The notes under the pieces are model-generated. The model was not told the origin of the DNA. It saw only the letters and a list, made by a program, of their open reading frames with translations, and did not search any database. Positions 39,933 through 50,135 of a stretch of 64,000 bases of DNA are shown piece by piece (position 1 is the first letter of the stretch; each line of letters starts with the position of its first letter). Position numbers and translations under genes: made by a program. The stretch comes from Candidatus Gottesmanbacteria bacterium (GTDB lineage: Bacteria; Patescibacteriota; Microgenomatia; UBA10105; UBA927), in assembly GCA_016214885.1 (NCBI GenBank), contig JACRMP010000005.1, positions 70,725-134,724 of the forward strand, given 5' to 3'.

Positions 39933-41711
39933 TTAGCTGCCTTTTTCCAGAGCGGCAAACTCATCGGTATATCCTTTGAGTGCCGTCTGAAGCGCATCAT
40001 GTTCCTCGGACGAAATAGATATGTCACGGAGTTTGCCTCCTATTTCCTCCATACGCTGACGCACATGAGCGCGCTTCACTTCGTGAAGTGCTTTTTCCCA
40101 CTCGCGCGCAAAACGGACATCATCATCCAGGAGTGTGGAAATATCCCAGAGAAACGCCTCATCAAACGCGGGCACGAGTTCTGCAGGCAAAGAATCGGCA
40201 AATTCCTTAACCGTAAACGCTTTTTGCTTACGGATATACGATTCCATGCTTTCCAGAATCCGCCGCACCGGCAGGTATTGAAACGTAGGAGTCGGTAACA
40301 TATTGTGAAACGAACTCCACAACTCAGAGGATTTCCCCTGCAGCAACAGTGCCAATACATATACCTCTGCTTTTTCCAGCCTGCTCAATACCGGCTTTTG
40401 CGCACCCGGCGCAACTTCTCTCACGGGTATCACTCTACTCACCCGGTGCTTAGCCAAACTTTCCCGGACAGTCTCATCGGAAATTCCCAAAGCCTCTGCC
40501 AATTTTCTGATGTAATGACCCTGGACAATCGGGTTGTCTATTTTATGAAGCACAGGCAAAAACTCATCGGATATCTTCCGTTTTCCAAATGAGCTGGTTC
40601 CATCAAATCTTGTAAGCGCCGAAGACAGGAAATAATCGTAAACAGGAGATGCATCCTTAAGTGCCTTCTTGAGAAGACCGGGATTTTCTCTGGCCGCCTC
40701 GTCAGGATCCTTCCCTGAAGGCATTGTGGCAACCCTCATGTCGAACCCGTTTTTTTCCGCTATTTCTATTCCGCGGCGGGCAGCGGCATCCCCAGCCAGA
40801 TCACTATCGAGCGCAAACACCAGCCGCTCGGCAAACCGCCGGAGCAGCCTCGCGTGATCTTCGGTAACCGCCGAGCCTTTGATGGCTACCACGTTAGCAA
40901 TTCCCGCCTGGAATGACGAGATGACATCCAACTCACCCTCCATGACAATGGCTTCATTCGCTTTCTGGATCGCATCTTTGGTCACATCCAGCGCATAAAG
41001 AACCTTCCCTTTTACATACACCGGCGTTTCGGACGTATTAATGTATTTAGCTTCTTTAACCGTTGGGTCAAGCACCCTGCCGGAAAATCCGATGGCGTTA
41101 CCCCTATGATCCTTAAGCGTAAACATCACTCTTCCCCGGAAACGGTCGTAGCACCCGCGCGTGCCCCGGATAACCAATCCGGCAGCCTCCAGAACAGCAT
41201 CTTCGTAACCTTTTTTGTGAAGATAGGTAAGCAACCCATCCCAATTATTAGGGCTGTATCCTAATGAAAACGTTTTCATGGACTTGTCGGATACGCCCCG
41301 GTGTTTGAGATAATCACGGGCATTTTCTCCGACAGCGTGCTTTGTCAGCAAGTAGTGGTAATACTCACTTGCCAAATGGTTTGCCTCCAGAATTCTTTGC
41401 TTCAGTTTAGCTTCCGGTGTATCGGTGGGCCTGCGCTCAAGTCTCACCCCGGCACGTTCTGCCAGTGTTTCCAGTGCTTCAGAAAAATCAATGTGATCAA
41501 GAAGCATGATGAAATCAAACGCACTCCCCCCTTTGCCGCATCCGAAGCAATGGAATGTCTGCCGGTCAGGACTTACGATAAATGAGGGAGTCTTCTCCGA
41601 ATGAAACGGACACAAACCCTTAAGATTGCGGCCGGCCTTTTTCAGGGTTACCCGTTCTCCGATAATATCTACAATATTTAGCCGGGATTTAATTTCGTCG
41701 ATGTCAGACAT
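39933..41711 (-). CDS. dnaG: DNA primase
   Basis: CPFHSEKTPSF..CFGC Zn finger; TOPRIM EGELD and DSD. Confidence 0.97.
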   Translation of the reverse strand: MSDIDEIKSRLNIVDIIGERVTLKKAGRNLKGLCPFHSEKTPSFIVSPDRQTFHCFGCGKGGSAFDFIMLLDHIDFSEALETLAERAGVRLERRPTDTPEAKLKQRILEANHLASEYYHYLLTKHAVGENARDYLKHRGVSDKSMKTFSLGYSPNNWDGLLTYLHKKGYEDAVLEAAGLVIRGTRGCYDRFRGRVMFTLKDHRGNAIGFSGRVLDPTVKEAKYINTSETPVYVKGKVLYALDVTKDAIQKANEAIVMEGELDVISSFQAGIANVVAIKGSAVTEDHARLLRRFAERLVFALDSDLAGDAAARRGIEIAEKNGFDMRVATMPSGKDPDEAARENPGLLKKALKDASPVYDYFLSSALTRFDGTSSFGKRKISDEFLPVLHKIDNPIVQGHYIRKLAEALGISDETVRESLAKHRVSRVIPVREVAPGAQKPVLSRLEKAEVYVLALLLQGKSSELWSSFHNMLPTPTFQYLPVRRILESMESYIRKQKAFTVKEFADSLPAELVPAFDEAFLWDISTLLDDDVRFAREWEKALHEVKRAHVRQRMEEIGGKLRDISISSEEHDALQTALKGYTDEFAALEKGS

Positions 41712-41854
41712 ACCGGGTTGTGAAATTTCGACTGTTGCTTTTACGCTTGTCGAAGCCTCAAATTCCTTTCATATACCATAACAGATTATTAAGTAAAGAT
41801 TACTTATCCGCCGGCAACGAACGCAAAGCGTGTCGAAATTCTACTACCCGGCAT
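41710..41854. repeat. long imperfect inverted repeat covering the dnaG start codon
   Basis: Minus-strand arms ATGCCGGGTAGTAGAATTTCGAC and GTCGAAATTTCACAACCCGGTAT plus inner helices. Confidence 0.7.
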
Positions 41855-41908
41855 AAGTTGAGCGCAGGATAACACACTTCCAAGGTGTTTTTCTAATAGC
41901 GCACCAGG

Positions 41909-42379
41909 CTACAGCATAACCGGTAAAGGAATTGGGTTGGCGCGGTGCTTGAGGTACAAAGCGACCGCTTCGCCGTGATCAAACGCCAGCGCATTAAGCG
42001 GAGGGAGACCGGAAATATCCATCCAGGCAACTGCAGTTGATTCACTATCGTGACCACCCACTTTCTTAAGTGGCGTTACCAAAAAATGAAACGATACATT
42101 CTGCCTGTCTTCGTGTGGCCTATTGGGATCGGACTTGATAATAAAAAGCGAAGTTACTGCACCGTCCCAACCCGTTTCTTCCCGGAGCTCCCGGAGGACG
42201 GCCTCCGATACGGTTTCGTCCCTATCCAAAAATCCTGACGGCAATGACCATTTCCCTCCTTCAGATAATTCGGGAGCCCTCTTCACCAGAAGGAGCTTCC
42301 CATCATTCTCCATGATAGCGTGCACGACAACGTGCCGCAGACTTGCTTTTTTGCCGTTTTCAAACGTACAGGTAATCAT
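41909..42379 (-). CDS. NUDIX hydrolase
   Basis: GFLDRDETVSEAVLRELREETG; LAFDH. Confidence 0.9.
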   Translation of the reverse strand: MITCTFENGKKASLRHVVVHAIMENDGKLLLVKRAPELSEGGKWSLPSGFLDRDETVSEAVLRELREETGWDGAVTSLFIIKSDPNRPHEDRQNVSFHFLVTPLKKVGGHDSESTAVAWMDISGLPPLNALAFDHGEAVALYLKHRANPIPLPVML

Positions 42380-42386
42380 AATCGTG

Positions 42387-43079
42387 CTAAAACGGAACAA
42401 AATGATTCCACTGCCTTGAGTCTTTTTCCATTAACCGCATTACACATAAATCCAGTGGCCGTATAGTCAGACGGAGCAGCAATTCGCCTATCACCGGAAC
42501 GTGTTTAATTATCCACTCCCTCCATGGGGCAACCCGGTCTAACGAATAGGGAAGATTGCGGAGGTAATACATCACCGCACGCCGCACCGGCCTGCTCCAT
42601 ATATTCCGCAGCACCACCCGGCCGTTTACGGCAAGAATGCGCGTTACAAAAAACATATCAGTCATCACGCTATCGAACCACTGGCTGGCGTCAATAAACA
42701 CCATATCTGCCTGCTCGCTTTTATATGAGAGCGTTGCCAAATATTCCTGGCTGGTCATATTTTCTATAAAATGAACGCCTTTTTGTTGCTTAATAAAATC
42801 GTCTATGGTGCTTTTTTTAGGAGGGTGCGGAATGTGATGGTAGGGATCGATAATCACATGCTTACGGGGCTTATTTGACGCAGATTGAATCCAAAGCGAT
42901 GAAATACCATACCGGAAACCAAGTTCAACGAACGTGCGGGGTTTATAGCGGTTAATAAGCTGCATCAAAAACATTCCCTGCGCTTTGTTTATTGCCATTG
43001 GCCAGATGTCTGGAGCAATACGGTCTGCATATCCTTTATCGCTGTATAACAAATCAATAATTTTTTTAGCTGCATTCAT
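42387..43079 (-). CDS. class I SAM methyltransferase (Methyltransf_24-like)
   Basis: VELGFRYGISS, IDPY, DMVFIDA. Confidence 0.8.
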   Translation of the reverse strand: MNAAKKIIDLLYSDKGYADRIAPDIWPMAINKAQGMFLMQLINRYKPRTFVELGFRYGISSLWIQSASNKPRKHVIIDPYHHIPHPPKKSTIDDFIKQQKGVHFIENMTSQEYLATLSYKSEQADMVFIDASQWFDSVMTDMFFVTRILAVNGRVVLRNIWSRPVRRAVMYYLRNLPYSLDRVAPWREWIIKHVPVIGELLLRLTIRPLDLCVMRLMEKDSRQWNHFVPF

Positions 43080-43082
43080 ATC

Positions 43083-44672
43083 TTATTTTCCTGTATATTC
43101 ATCCGACGCATATACCGCCGACAAATCAGCGCCGTCTACCGAAACGGCATATATTTTCCGGAAGCGGATGGGCGGAGCTTCCTTAAAATCCCGGTTGATA
43201 ATAACATATATGTCAGCTTCTTCTGCAGCCGCTACCACCCGCATACCCCTTCCCGTTAATTGGGGTATCATGACACGCTCGGTGTATGGTAGTATCTGCT
43301 GAAAATATATGGTGGTACCTTCTTTTATGTTAAAGTTCATTAAATATTCCAGCAATCGTGATTGCGATATCCCCCAATAATCAAAATCAAAACTTTTTTT
43401 CGCGCGAGAATAGCCACCCGCAAGAAGGTTGAAATATACGTACTGGTTCGGATGATTTTTTATAAGAAAATTAACGGATAAAAAAAGATCAATAGTAAAA
43501 AAAGCTCCCAGCATAAGTACCGGCATGTTGATTGCGCGTTTGTTGACACCTTCAATAGCCTTCCGCAATGCATACACGGCAAATGCCACAATACAGGGAT
43601 ATATATAATACACATGCCTCCACCCGTCATAGGAACGTGGATGAAAAAATACCGACGCAACAAATGTTCCGGTGATAATAAGAAACATTGCCGCATATAC
43701 GGCATTACTATTTGCGGATCGCTTATCTCCCTTAACAATCTGTTTTATAAACACACCCGCTCCCAGCACGCCGGCTGCAAGAACCGAAAGCATACCGGTA
43801 ATTCCTACCCATACAAAATGGTAATGCCACGGGATAATAGGGCTCGTATAAAACTCACCGAAATAAAACGTGGGCACGCCCAACGAATTTGCGGAAACAC
43901 GCCAGAAGCCGATGGCGTTTTGTATGAAATTATTCCAAAACAAAGGGAACATGGCAAAAACGGAGGCCAATGTTCCTGAAACATACACAGCGACCCGCCC
44001 TAATCTACTGATATACTTCACCGAAGCATCCAAAAAAATAACAACGGATATAACCGCGAACAGCAGTAACCCCTGTACTCTTACCGCGATCGAAAAACCT
44101 GTAGCAACCGCCAAAATAAGAAAAGACAGCCAAGAGCGATCTTTTGTGTACCAATAGGCAAGCAAGACGAATATCGTCGCCGATACAAACGCGATATCTT
44201 TGGAATTATAAAAGCTTTCGGCAAAAAATCGGGGGTATACTGCAAGAAAGGTAACGCCGATCAATCCGAAAAAAGGATGGCCGTTTAGGACGGACATAAA
44301 GATATAAAAGCAAATAAGCGACAGAACAAAAAAAAGAAATACTCCCAGATGCCGTGCAGCGACGACATCAAGCCCGGCAACAGAAACCAGCGCATTGCTT
44401 GCTACATATAAGGGAACCTCAAACGCCGGTCCGTAATGACGGTCGTAATGACCCTGGATCTCCGGTGAACCATAAACAATCCGTTCATAATTTACCCTCC
44501 CAAGGTCAATCTGTGAATATTCGTCTATAGGTACGCCATAGTCACGGTATATAGATAAACCGAGGATAATATAGCCAAGAAGCAAAACAAGTGACAGTAG
44601 GTGAACAAAACGGGGACTGACTAGTAGTGTAGCTTTCACAGAACCATTATCGCACCTATCTACCAGCTCCAC
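43083..44672 (-). CDS. GT-C fold (ArnT/PMT-like) membrane glycosyltransferase
   Basis: DYGVPIDE after TM1; ESFYNSKD; many TMs; DYWG. Confidence 0.8.
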   Translation of the reverse strand: MELVDRCDNGSVKATLLVSPRFVHLLSLVLLLGYIILGLSIYRDYGVPIDEYSQIDLGRVNYERIVYGSPEIQGHYDRHYGPAFEVPLYVASNALVSVAGLDVVAARHLGVFLFFVLSLICFYIFMSVLNGHPFFGLIGVTFLAVYPRFFAESFYNSKDIAFVSATIFVLLAYWYTKDRSWLSFLILAVATGFSIAVRVQGLLLFAVISVVIFLDASVKYISRLGRVAVYVSGTLASVFAMFPLFWNNFIQNAIGFWRVSANSLGVPTFYFGEFYTSPIIPWHYHFVWVGITGMLSVLAAGVLGAGVFIKQIVKGDKRSANSNAVYAAMFLIITGTFVASVFFHPRSYDGWRHVYYIYPCIVAFAVYALRKAIEGVNKRAINMPVLMLGAFFTIDLFLSVNFLIKNHPNQYVYFNLLAGGYSRAKKSFDFDYWGISQSRLLEYLMNFNIKEGTTIYFQQILPYTERVMIPQLTGRGMRVVAAAEEADIYVIINRDFKEAPPIRFRKIYAVSVDGADLSAVYASDEYTGK

Positions 44673-45940
44673 TACACCGTCTCAAGAAGCTTGCCTGCAA
44701 CCCACCCTGAGCTCCACGCCCATGAAAGATTAAAGCCGCCGACCTGTCCGTCTACATTAAGTATTTCACCTGCAAAAAACAATCGTTTGGCTTTTTTGGA
44801 CGCTAATGAACCGGCGTCAACCTCGTCCGTAGCTACTCCCCCTGCAGTAAATTCCCCTTCGTTCCACCCGCGCGTATCTGTTACTTCCGATGTAAATTCG
44901 GTCAGCACACCGAACAACTTATCGTATTCCTGCGGATTCAACTCTCCCGACAGACGTTCTTTGGGAAGCCCTGCAACCGCGCATATTGCCCCTGCGGCTT
45001 TCTGCGTAAACAACCCCCACAAGCTATGGGCTACCGGAAGCGTTGCGTGTACTGAGAGCCGTTTATCCAAAATCGCCTTCACTTCTCCTGCCGTTTTATT
45101 AGGAAAAAAGGATAGGCGTATCTTGGCGTCCCGCTTATTTTCCCTGTTAATGCGGACAGAAAAATCATGACTTATGTCAAAAATGGCAGGCCCTGAAAAC
45201 CCGTACTGGGTAAACATAACGTCGCCGACAGCCGTTGTACCGTTCACCCCACCGATAATACTGGTTGCTTCCATCACCATTTTTTCCCCCTGCATAAAAT
45301 GAGATAACTGATTTTTGGAAACTATCGGAACTGCGGTAACCACGGGAGTCACAATGGTGTGTCCTGTGCCGGCTGCAAGATCATATCCCGATCCGTCTGC
45401 TCCCAGGGAGGGATATGTTTTACCGCCCGCTGTCATAATGATATAACGCCCCGTATAGCTCCCATCGTTTGTCTCCACGGTCCAATAATCTGCTGACAGC
45501 ACCAACGCCGTAATCGCAACATTGTAAAATATTTCTATATGGTGTTCTCCTAAAGTGTCCACCAGCATGTCCCGCACGGTTTTTGCATGGTCAATTTCCG
45601 GAAAAATCTTCCCCCTGCTCGTTTTCTTTTCCTCATAGGTGGGTACACCGAGCTCATCAAAAAATGCCATAATATCGCGGTATCCGAACTGGGAAAATAC
45701 GGAGGTGATAAAATGCGCGTCACCGTGAAAATACGCTACGGGGTTCTCCTCTAAATGCACATTGGTAAGATTTCCGCGCCCTGCCCCCGAGGTGAGGAAT
45801 TTCCTGCCCAGCTCGTGTGTCTTGTCCAGGATCGCCACACTATAATCCGGGTGGTGATGTCTCACAGAAAGCGCGGCCATCATGCCGGCGGGACCCCCAC
45901 CGATAATAATCACGTCATATTGCACCGAAAAAGTAGTCAT
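44672..45940 (-). CDS. HI0933/BaiN-family flavoprotein
   Basis: GGGPAG, GRKFLTSGAGR.NLTN, FT..GFSGP, TAGGV, GGFNL. Confidence 0.9.
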   Translation of the reverse strand: MTTFSVQYDVIIIGGGPAGMMAALSVRHHHPDYSVAILDKTHELGRKFLTSGAGRGNLTNVHLEENPVAYFHGDAHFITSVFSQFGYRDIMAFFDELGVPTYEEKKTSRGKIFPEIDHAKTVRDMLVDTLGEHHIEIFYNVAITALVLSADYWTVETNDGSYTGRYIIMTAGGKTYPSLGADGSGYDLAAGTGHTIVTPVVTAVPIVSKNQLSHFMQGEKMVMEATSIIGGVNGTTAVGDVMFTQYGFSGPAIFDISHDFSVRINRENKRDAKIRLSFFPNKTAGEVKAILDKRLSVHATLPVAHSLWGLFTQKAAGAICAVAGLPKERLSGELNPQEYDKLFGVLTEFTSEVTDTRGWNEGEFTAGGVATDEVDAGSLASKKAKRLFFAGEILNVDGQVGGFNLSWAWSSGWVAGKLLETV

Positions 45941-46120
45941 ATAGCCATCATTAGCTCGTTAATACCCGTATCGTACACACTGGGACACCCGGCGGGCAAT
46001 GCGTAAAATACATAGCCCGAGAAAATTGCAAAGCGGCAAACCTGCATTGACTTGCCCACACTCCATACCCATACTAAGAACAGGCACACACAGCACCTGG
46101 TTGTTTCTTTGTGCCGATGT

Positions 46121-47731
46121 ATGGTTTCTATGAAATCTTCAAAACGGAACGTTTCCCGCCGGGGCAAACACATATTCACCACAACACTCTTTATGGCAGG
46201 AGCCATCGTATTGCTTGTAACGGCTCTCTTATATGTTGCGGTGTGGAGCCGTAAACCGGCCTGTAAAAATTGCAATGTAATTTTGATTTCCTTAGACACT
46301 CTTTCGGGCAAGCACCTGCCGTGCTACGGTTACCCAAAAAATACTGCTCCGAACCTTTGTCGGATTGCTAAGGAAAACTCATATTTTTCAAAGGCCTATA
46401 CCCAAAGCCATTACACTCTGCCGAGCCATATATCCATGTTTACCGGTCAATATCCGTCAACGCACGGAATACTTGAGCCGGACACGCGGCTGCTCAGCAC
46501 AAAAACCTCCACCCTCACAGAAACGCTCGACGCCAAAGGGTATCAGACGCTGTATTTTGGCCCCACCGATAACGAGTTCCTTCCGTTGTCCCGCGGATTA
46601 GAACGCGGATTCGATTACATCGATGACGATTATAACTACTTAAGAACCGGAGAAATACAGAACTGGAAAAAGGGGGTACAAATGCTTAAGGACAATACAA
46701 ACAAAGGTATCCCGACATTTCTTTTTCTGCATACCTATTTTGTCCACGAACCATACCTACCTGACACACGGGATAATCATTTTACCGACAGTGTTGATCT
46801 GACCATACCGGTAACTCAACAGGAATACACCGCTCTTACTCCGGACTTTATCCAGTTTACGAAACGTTACTTCCGCCAAAGCCCGGCACAACACACACCG
46901 CAGGACGCCATATATCAAAAATATATGGAGACCGAAAATTTTAATCAAGCAAAAGCATTATATCAACAGCTCATGACGGATAATTGCAGGGTGTACTGCC
47001 TGCAGGCAGAATATTTTTATAATCAGAATAAAAACGATCCCCGCCACATCGCCTACATCCGCGCGCTGTATGATGAAATGATCCTGAATCTCGATAAAGA
47101 AATCGGACGTCTGGTCGCCGACCTTGAGCCGTACCTTAAAAAAAACACCATTCTGGTAATAACCTCCGATCACGGTGAGGCGTTTATGGAACACCAGGAT
47201 ATTATGCACCGGTCCCTCTATAGCGAAGTACTGAATGTTCCCCTTATTATCGCCGCTCCAAACATCAGCCGCGGGGAAATACGCACCCCTGCATCGATTA
47301 TAGACATATATCCTACTGTTCTCGGTCTGTTGGGGCTTCCGAAGGCGGCCTCGGCTGAAGGAAGCGATCTTTCTGCCGTACTTACCGGCTTACCGATGCC
47401 AATACGGTACAAACCGGTAATTTCTGAACGCTATGCTATGCGGTATGATAACGGCGAGCATAAGCCAATCCTGCAGCGATCCATTATTTCCGGCAAATGG
47501 AAATTGCTTATTACCATAGAACAACAATCAATACGCAATACTGAACTCTATAATCTGACAGTAGACCCCGATGAAAAAAACAATGTCGCTGTACAGCAAC
47601 AGGGAGTCGTAAACACCCTGCTTCGCATTCACACAGACTTCGCCAAACACCATCCTCAGAAACCCTATCCTTCACTACTTAAGCCGCCTGAGCCGCCACC
47701 GGAAGATCCTCAACGGTTATTCCATTATTAA
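46121..47731 (+). CDS. membrane-anchored sulfatase-like (alkaline phosphatase superfamily) protein
   Basis: NVILISLDTL, TLPSHISMFTGQYP, HEPY, SDHGEAF, LYNLTVDPDE; start uncertain. Confidence 0.85.
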   Translation: MVSMKSSKRNVSRRGKHIFTTTLFMAGAIVLLVTALLYVAVWSRKPACKNCNVILISLDTLSGKHLPCYGYPKNTAPNLCRIAKENSYFSKAYTQSHYTLPSHISMFTGQYPSTHGILEPDTRLLSTKTSTLTETLDAKGYQTLYFGPTDNEFLPLSRGLERGFDYIDDDYNYLRTGEIQNWKKGVQMLKDNTNKGIPTFLFLHTYFVHEPYLPDTRDNHFTDSVDLTIPVTQQEYTALTPDFIQFTKRYFRQSPAQHTPQDAIYQKYMETENFNQAKALYQQLMTDNCRVYCLQAEYFYNQNKNDPRHIAYIRALYDEMILNLDKEIGRLVADLEPYLKKNTILVITSDHGEAFMEHQDIMHRSLYSEVLNVPLIIAAPNISRGEIRTPASIIDIYPTVLGLLGLPKAASAEGSDLSAVLTGLPMPIRYKPVISERYAMRYDNGEHKPILQRSIISGKWKLLITIEQQSIRNTELYNLTVDPDEKNNVAVQQQGVVNTLLRIHTDFAKHHPQKPYPSLLKPPEPPPEDPQRLFHY

Positions 47732-47773
47732 TGTCCTAATTGATTTCCTGTTTACAACATCTATGATGGAATC

Positions 47774-49075
47774 ATGGCATTAAAATCCTGGAGAAATTAT
47801 ATGCGGCTACTTGCCATATTCTGTTTTTTGGCAGGTGTATATATCGGTCTGTATTATGTTGTTGTTGCCCCGTTCGTTAATCCTATCAGCATTTATAAAA
47901 CTCCCGCCATTCGGGATGCTGCGCGCATGAGCATAGGTTACACCCTTATTGCCCCTTACAATAACGCGTTAAACAGCGACCCACATAACAAAGGATATGT
48001 ATATTTACTCGATATGCTTGGCCGCGAAATACACCAATGGAAAACAGATAAACAGGTGCTATCGGCCAGGCTTACCCCCAACGGAAACCTGATTGCCGCT
48101 ATGGAGCCGTCAAAATATTCACAGCAATATCCGGGAGGAGGCAACACGGGGGATCTCCAGGAGCTTGACTGGAAAGGCAGTATTGTAAGGGAGTATAAGA
48201 ATGAGTCGCTCCATCATGACTTTTCTCTGTTACCCAACGGAAATATTGCGGTAGTAAGCTGGGAAAAACTACCCGCTGCAATAGCCCGGAATGTAAAAGG
48301 GGGTATTCCCGGAACCGAACTTAAGGGAGACATATGGTCTGACGCGATTCTGGAGTTAGACCCGGGCAATAACGTCGTGTGGACCTGGCACGCGCACGAA
48401 CATATGAATCCTAACCTCGATATTATCGATCCGGCTCTTCCGCGGACCGGATGGACATATATTAATGGCATCCGCTTTTTGCCGAAAAACCCTATCGACA
48501 ACGAAGAAGGTTATCTTCTCAGCATGCGCTCCATCAACACAGTGATGATAGTCCGTAAACGTGACGGAGAAATAATTTGGCGCTCACCGCGCAATCTCAC
48601 CAACACCCAGCACGATCCAAACCTGCTGCCGAACGGCAACATCCTGGTATTTGATAACGGGTTCACACGGCTTCCCAATCCTGTTCCCCTATATGGAAGC
48701 AGGGTGATAGAAATCGATCCAAAAACGGGAGCAATTGCATGGTCGTTTGACGGAGGACCGGGGGTAATGGACAAGCTTGCATTCTACGGCCCCCTGGTAG
48801 GAGGATCCCAGCCGCTTCCTAATGGCAACGTGCTGATAACTGACGGACCGAAGGGACACATCTTTGAAGTAACCCCGGATAAAAAAATAGTCTGGGATAT
48901 GGTAAGCCCCTATACAACAAAATCCAGCGGATCTTTTCCCATTAATTTTATTTTCAAAGCCCGCAGATATTCTCCGGATGAAATAACATTTCCGCTGGGA
49001 ACCGCAAAACCATTTGATACCCGTCTCTATAAGGCAGCCTCAATGCTTGCACCGCTGTATTTTACGAACCTCTAA
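47774..49075 (+). CDS. aryl-sulfate sulfotransferase (ASST)-like beta-propeller protein
   Basis: HHDF, QHDP..LPNGNILVFDNG, SRVIEID, LPNGNVLIT. Confidence 0.8.
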   Translation: MALKSWRNYMRLLAIFCFLAGVYIGLYYVVVAPFVNPISIYKTPAIRDAARMSIGYTLIAPYNNALNSDPHNKGYVYLLDMLGREIHQWKTDKQVLSARLTPNGNLIAAMEPSKYSQQYPGGGNTGDLQELDWKGSIVREYKNESLHHDFSLLPNGNIAVVSWEKLPAAIARNVKGGIPGTELKGDIWSDAILELDPGNNVVWTWHAHEHMNPNLDIIDPALPRTGWTYINGIRFLPKNPIDNEEGYLLSMRSINTVMIVRKRDGEIIWRSPRNLTNTQHDPNLLPNGNILVFDNGFTRLPNPVPLYGSRVIEIDPKTGAIAWSFDGGPGVMDKLAFYGPLVGGSQPLPNGNVLITDGPKGHIFEVTPDKKIVWDMVSPYTTKSSGSFPINFIFKARRYSPDEITFPLGTAKPFDTRLYKAASMLAPLYFTNL

Positions 49076-49239
49076 ATGAGATGTCTTAATCTAGACATTA
49101 TCTGCGAAGAACTATATACAAAGCTATTACCTATCTCAAAACTGCCGTGTTTCCTCCAGAGGAATTAAATTCCTCCCTCTTTATGAAATAAATAACTCCA
49201 AGCAGTGAAACATTATAGGACATGTCGTATAATATACCC

Positions 49240-49935
49240 ATGATAAACGTCGAGCGTATCGGTCAGGTGCATATCCGCATGCCTATCATCGATCAGTTTT
49301 CAGGGCTACGTATCCAAATTCAGAAAACAGTCATCAAATCTATCGAGAAAACAAAACAGTTCATCCCGCTTCACGAAACAACAATACGCATAAAAAATGA
49401 TCCACATGGTGTTATCAAAGATCATGCCCACGGAGGATGGACGCTTACACCTGAAAGTATTTTAATAAAAGTAAATTCAAATTTTCCTGATAAAGAACAA
49501 TTCCTGCAAGTGGAGCTCCCCCGCTCTGTAAGCCATGAATTACATCATGCCGTTCGTGAAAAAGCGCTCAAAGACGAACCGCGATCATTGGGAAGAACAT
49601 TGATATTTGAAGGTCTTGCAACATATTTTGAAACTGAAGTTTGGGGTGGAGAACCTTCGAAATGGGCAGATGCACTGACACACGAACAACTGCAAGAATT
49701 ATTAAAAGTAGCTATCAATGAACTTTCGGACAATGCATATGATCACTCACGTTGGTTTTTTGGAACTAAAGATCTACCAAGATGGACTGGCTATACCATA
49801 GGACTATATCTGATAAAAGAATACCTCAAGCTTCATCCTGATCAAACGGCAGCTTCCTTAGTTACCACACCTGCTAGTGTTATTCTTGGTGGGCTGAAGG
49901 AATCTATTTTATCTCCGGTTGACCCACAGCAATAA
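49240..49935 (+). CDS. DUF2268-like Zn-dependent protease
   Basis: HELHH, EGLA, PRWTGYTIG. Confidence 0.8.
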   Translation: MINVERIGQVHIRMPIIDQFSGLRIQIQKTVIKSIEKTKQFIPLHETTIRIKNDPHGVIKDHAHGGWTLTPESILIKVNSNFPDKEQFLQVELPRSVSHELHHAVREKALKDEPRSLGRTLIFEGLATYFETEVWGGEPSKWADALTHEQLQELLKVAINELSDNAYDHSRWFFGTKDLPRWTGYTIGLYLIKEYLKLHPDQTAASLVTTPASVILGGLKESILSPVDPQQ

Positions 49936-49958
49936 CTCCAACGGTATTTTCGTCTTCT

Positions 49959-49993
49959 AAAAAAAGATCGCCCTGGAAGGGCGATCACTTTTT
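49959..49993. terminator. bidirectional terminator between the protease gene and tRNA-Ser(GGA)
   Basis: A7-GATCGCCCT-GGA-AGGGCGATC-ACT5. Confidence 0.75.
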
Positions 49994-49998
49994 ATGAG

Positions 49999-50081
49999 CG
50001 GAGGAGACAGGACTCGAACCTGCGAGGGATTGCTCCCGTACGCTTTCCAAGCGTATGCCGTAGCCGCTGGGCCACTCCTCC
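49999..50081 (-). tRNA. tRNA-Ser(GGA)
   Basis: GGAGGAG/CTCCTCC acceptor, TACGC-TTGGAAA-GCGTA, long variable arm, GTTCGAG, G73; no encoded CCA. Confidence 0.95.
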
Positions 50082-50135
50082 CGGTAAGCTCTGATTATAC
50101 CATTTTATGAGCTCACCCAATGCTATAATCAGCAC

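Noticed and set aside
44691-46311. Long antisense or alternate-frame ORFs (e.g. 44691..45170, 45937..46311, also 30422..30907 and 36290..36724)
   Set aside because: Shadow ORFs opposite well-supported genes, with no motifs or expression signals
49076-49998. tRNA-targeted island carrying the AT-rich DUF2268 gene
   Set aside because: No duplicated tRNA 3' end (att site) or integrase is visible
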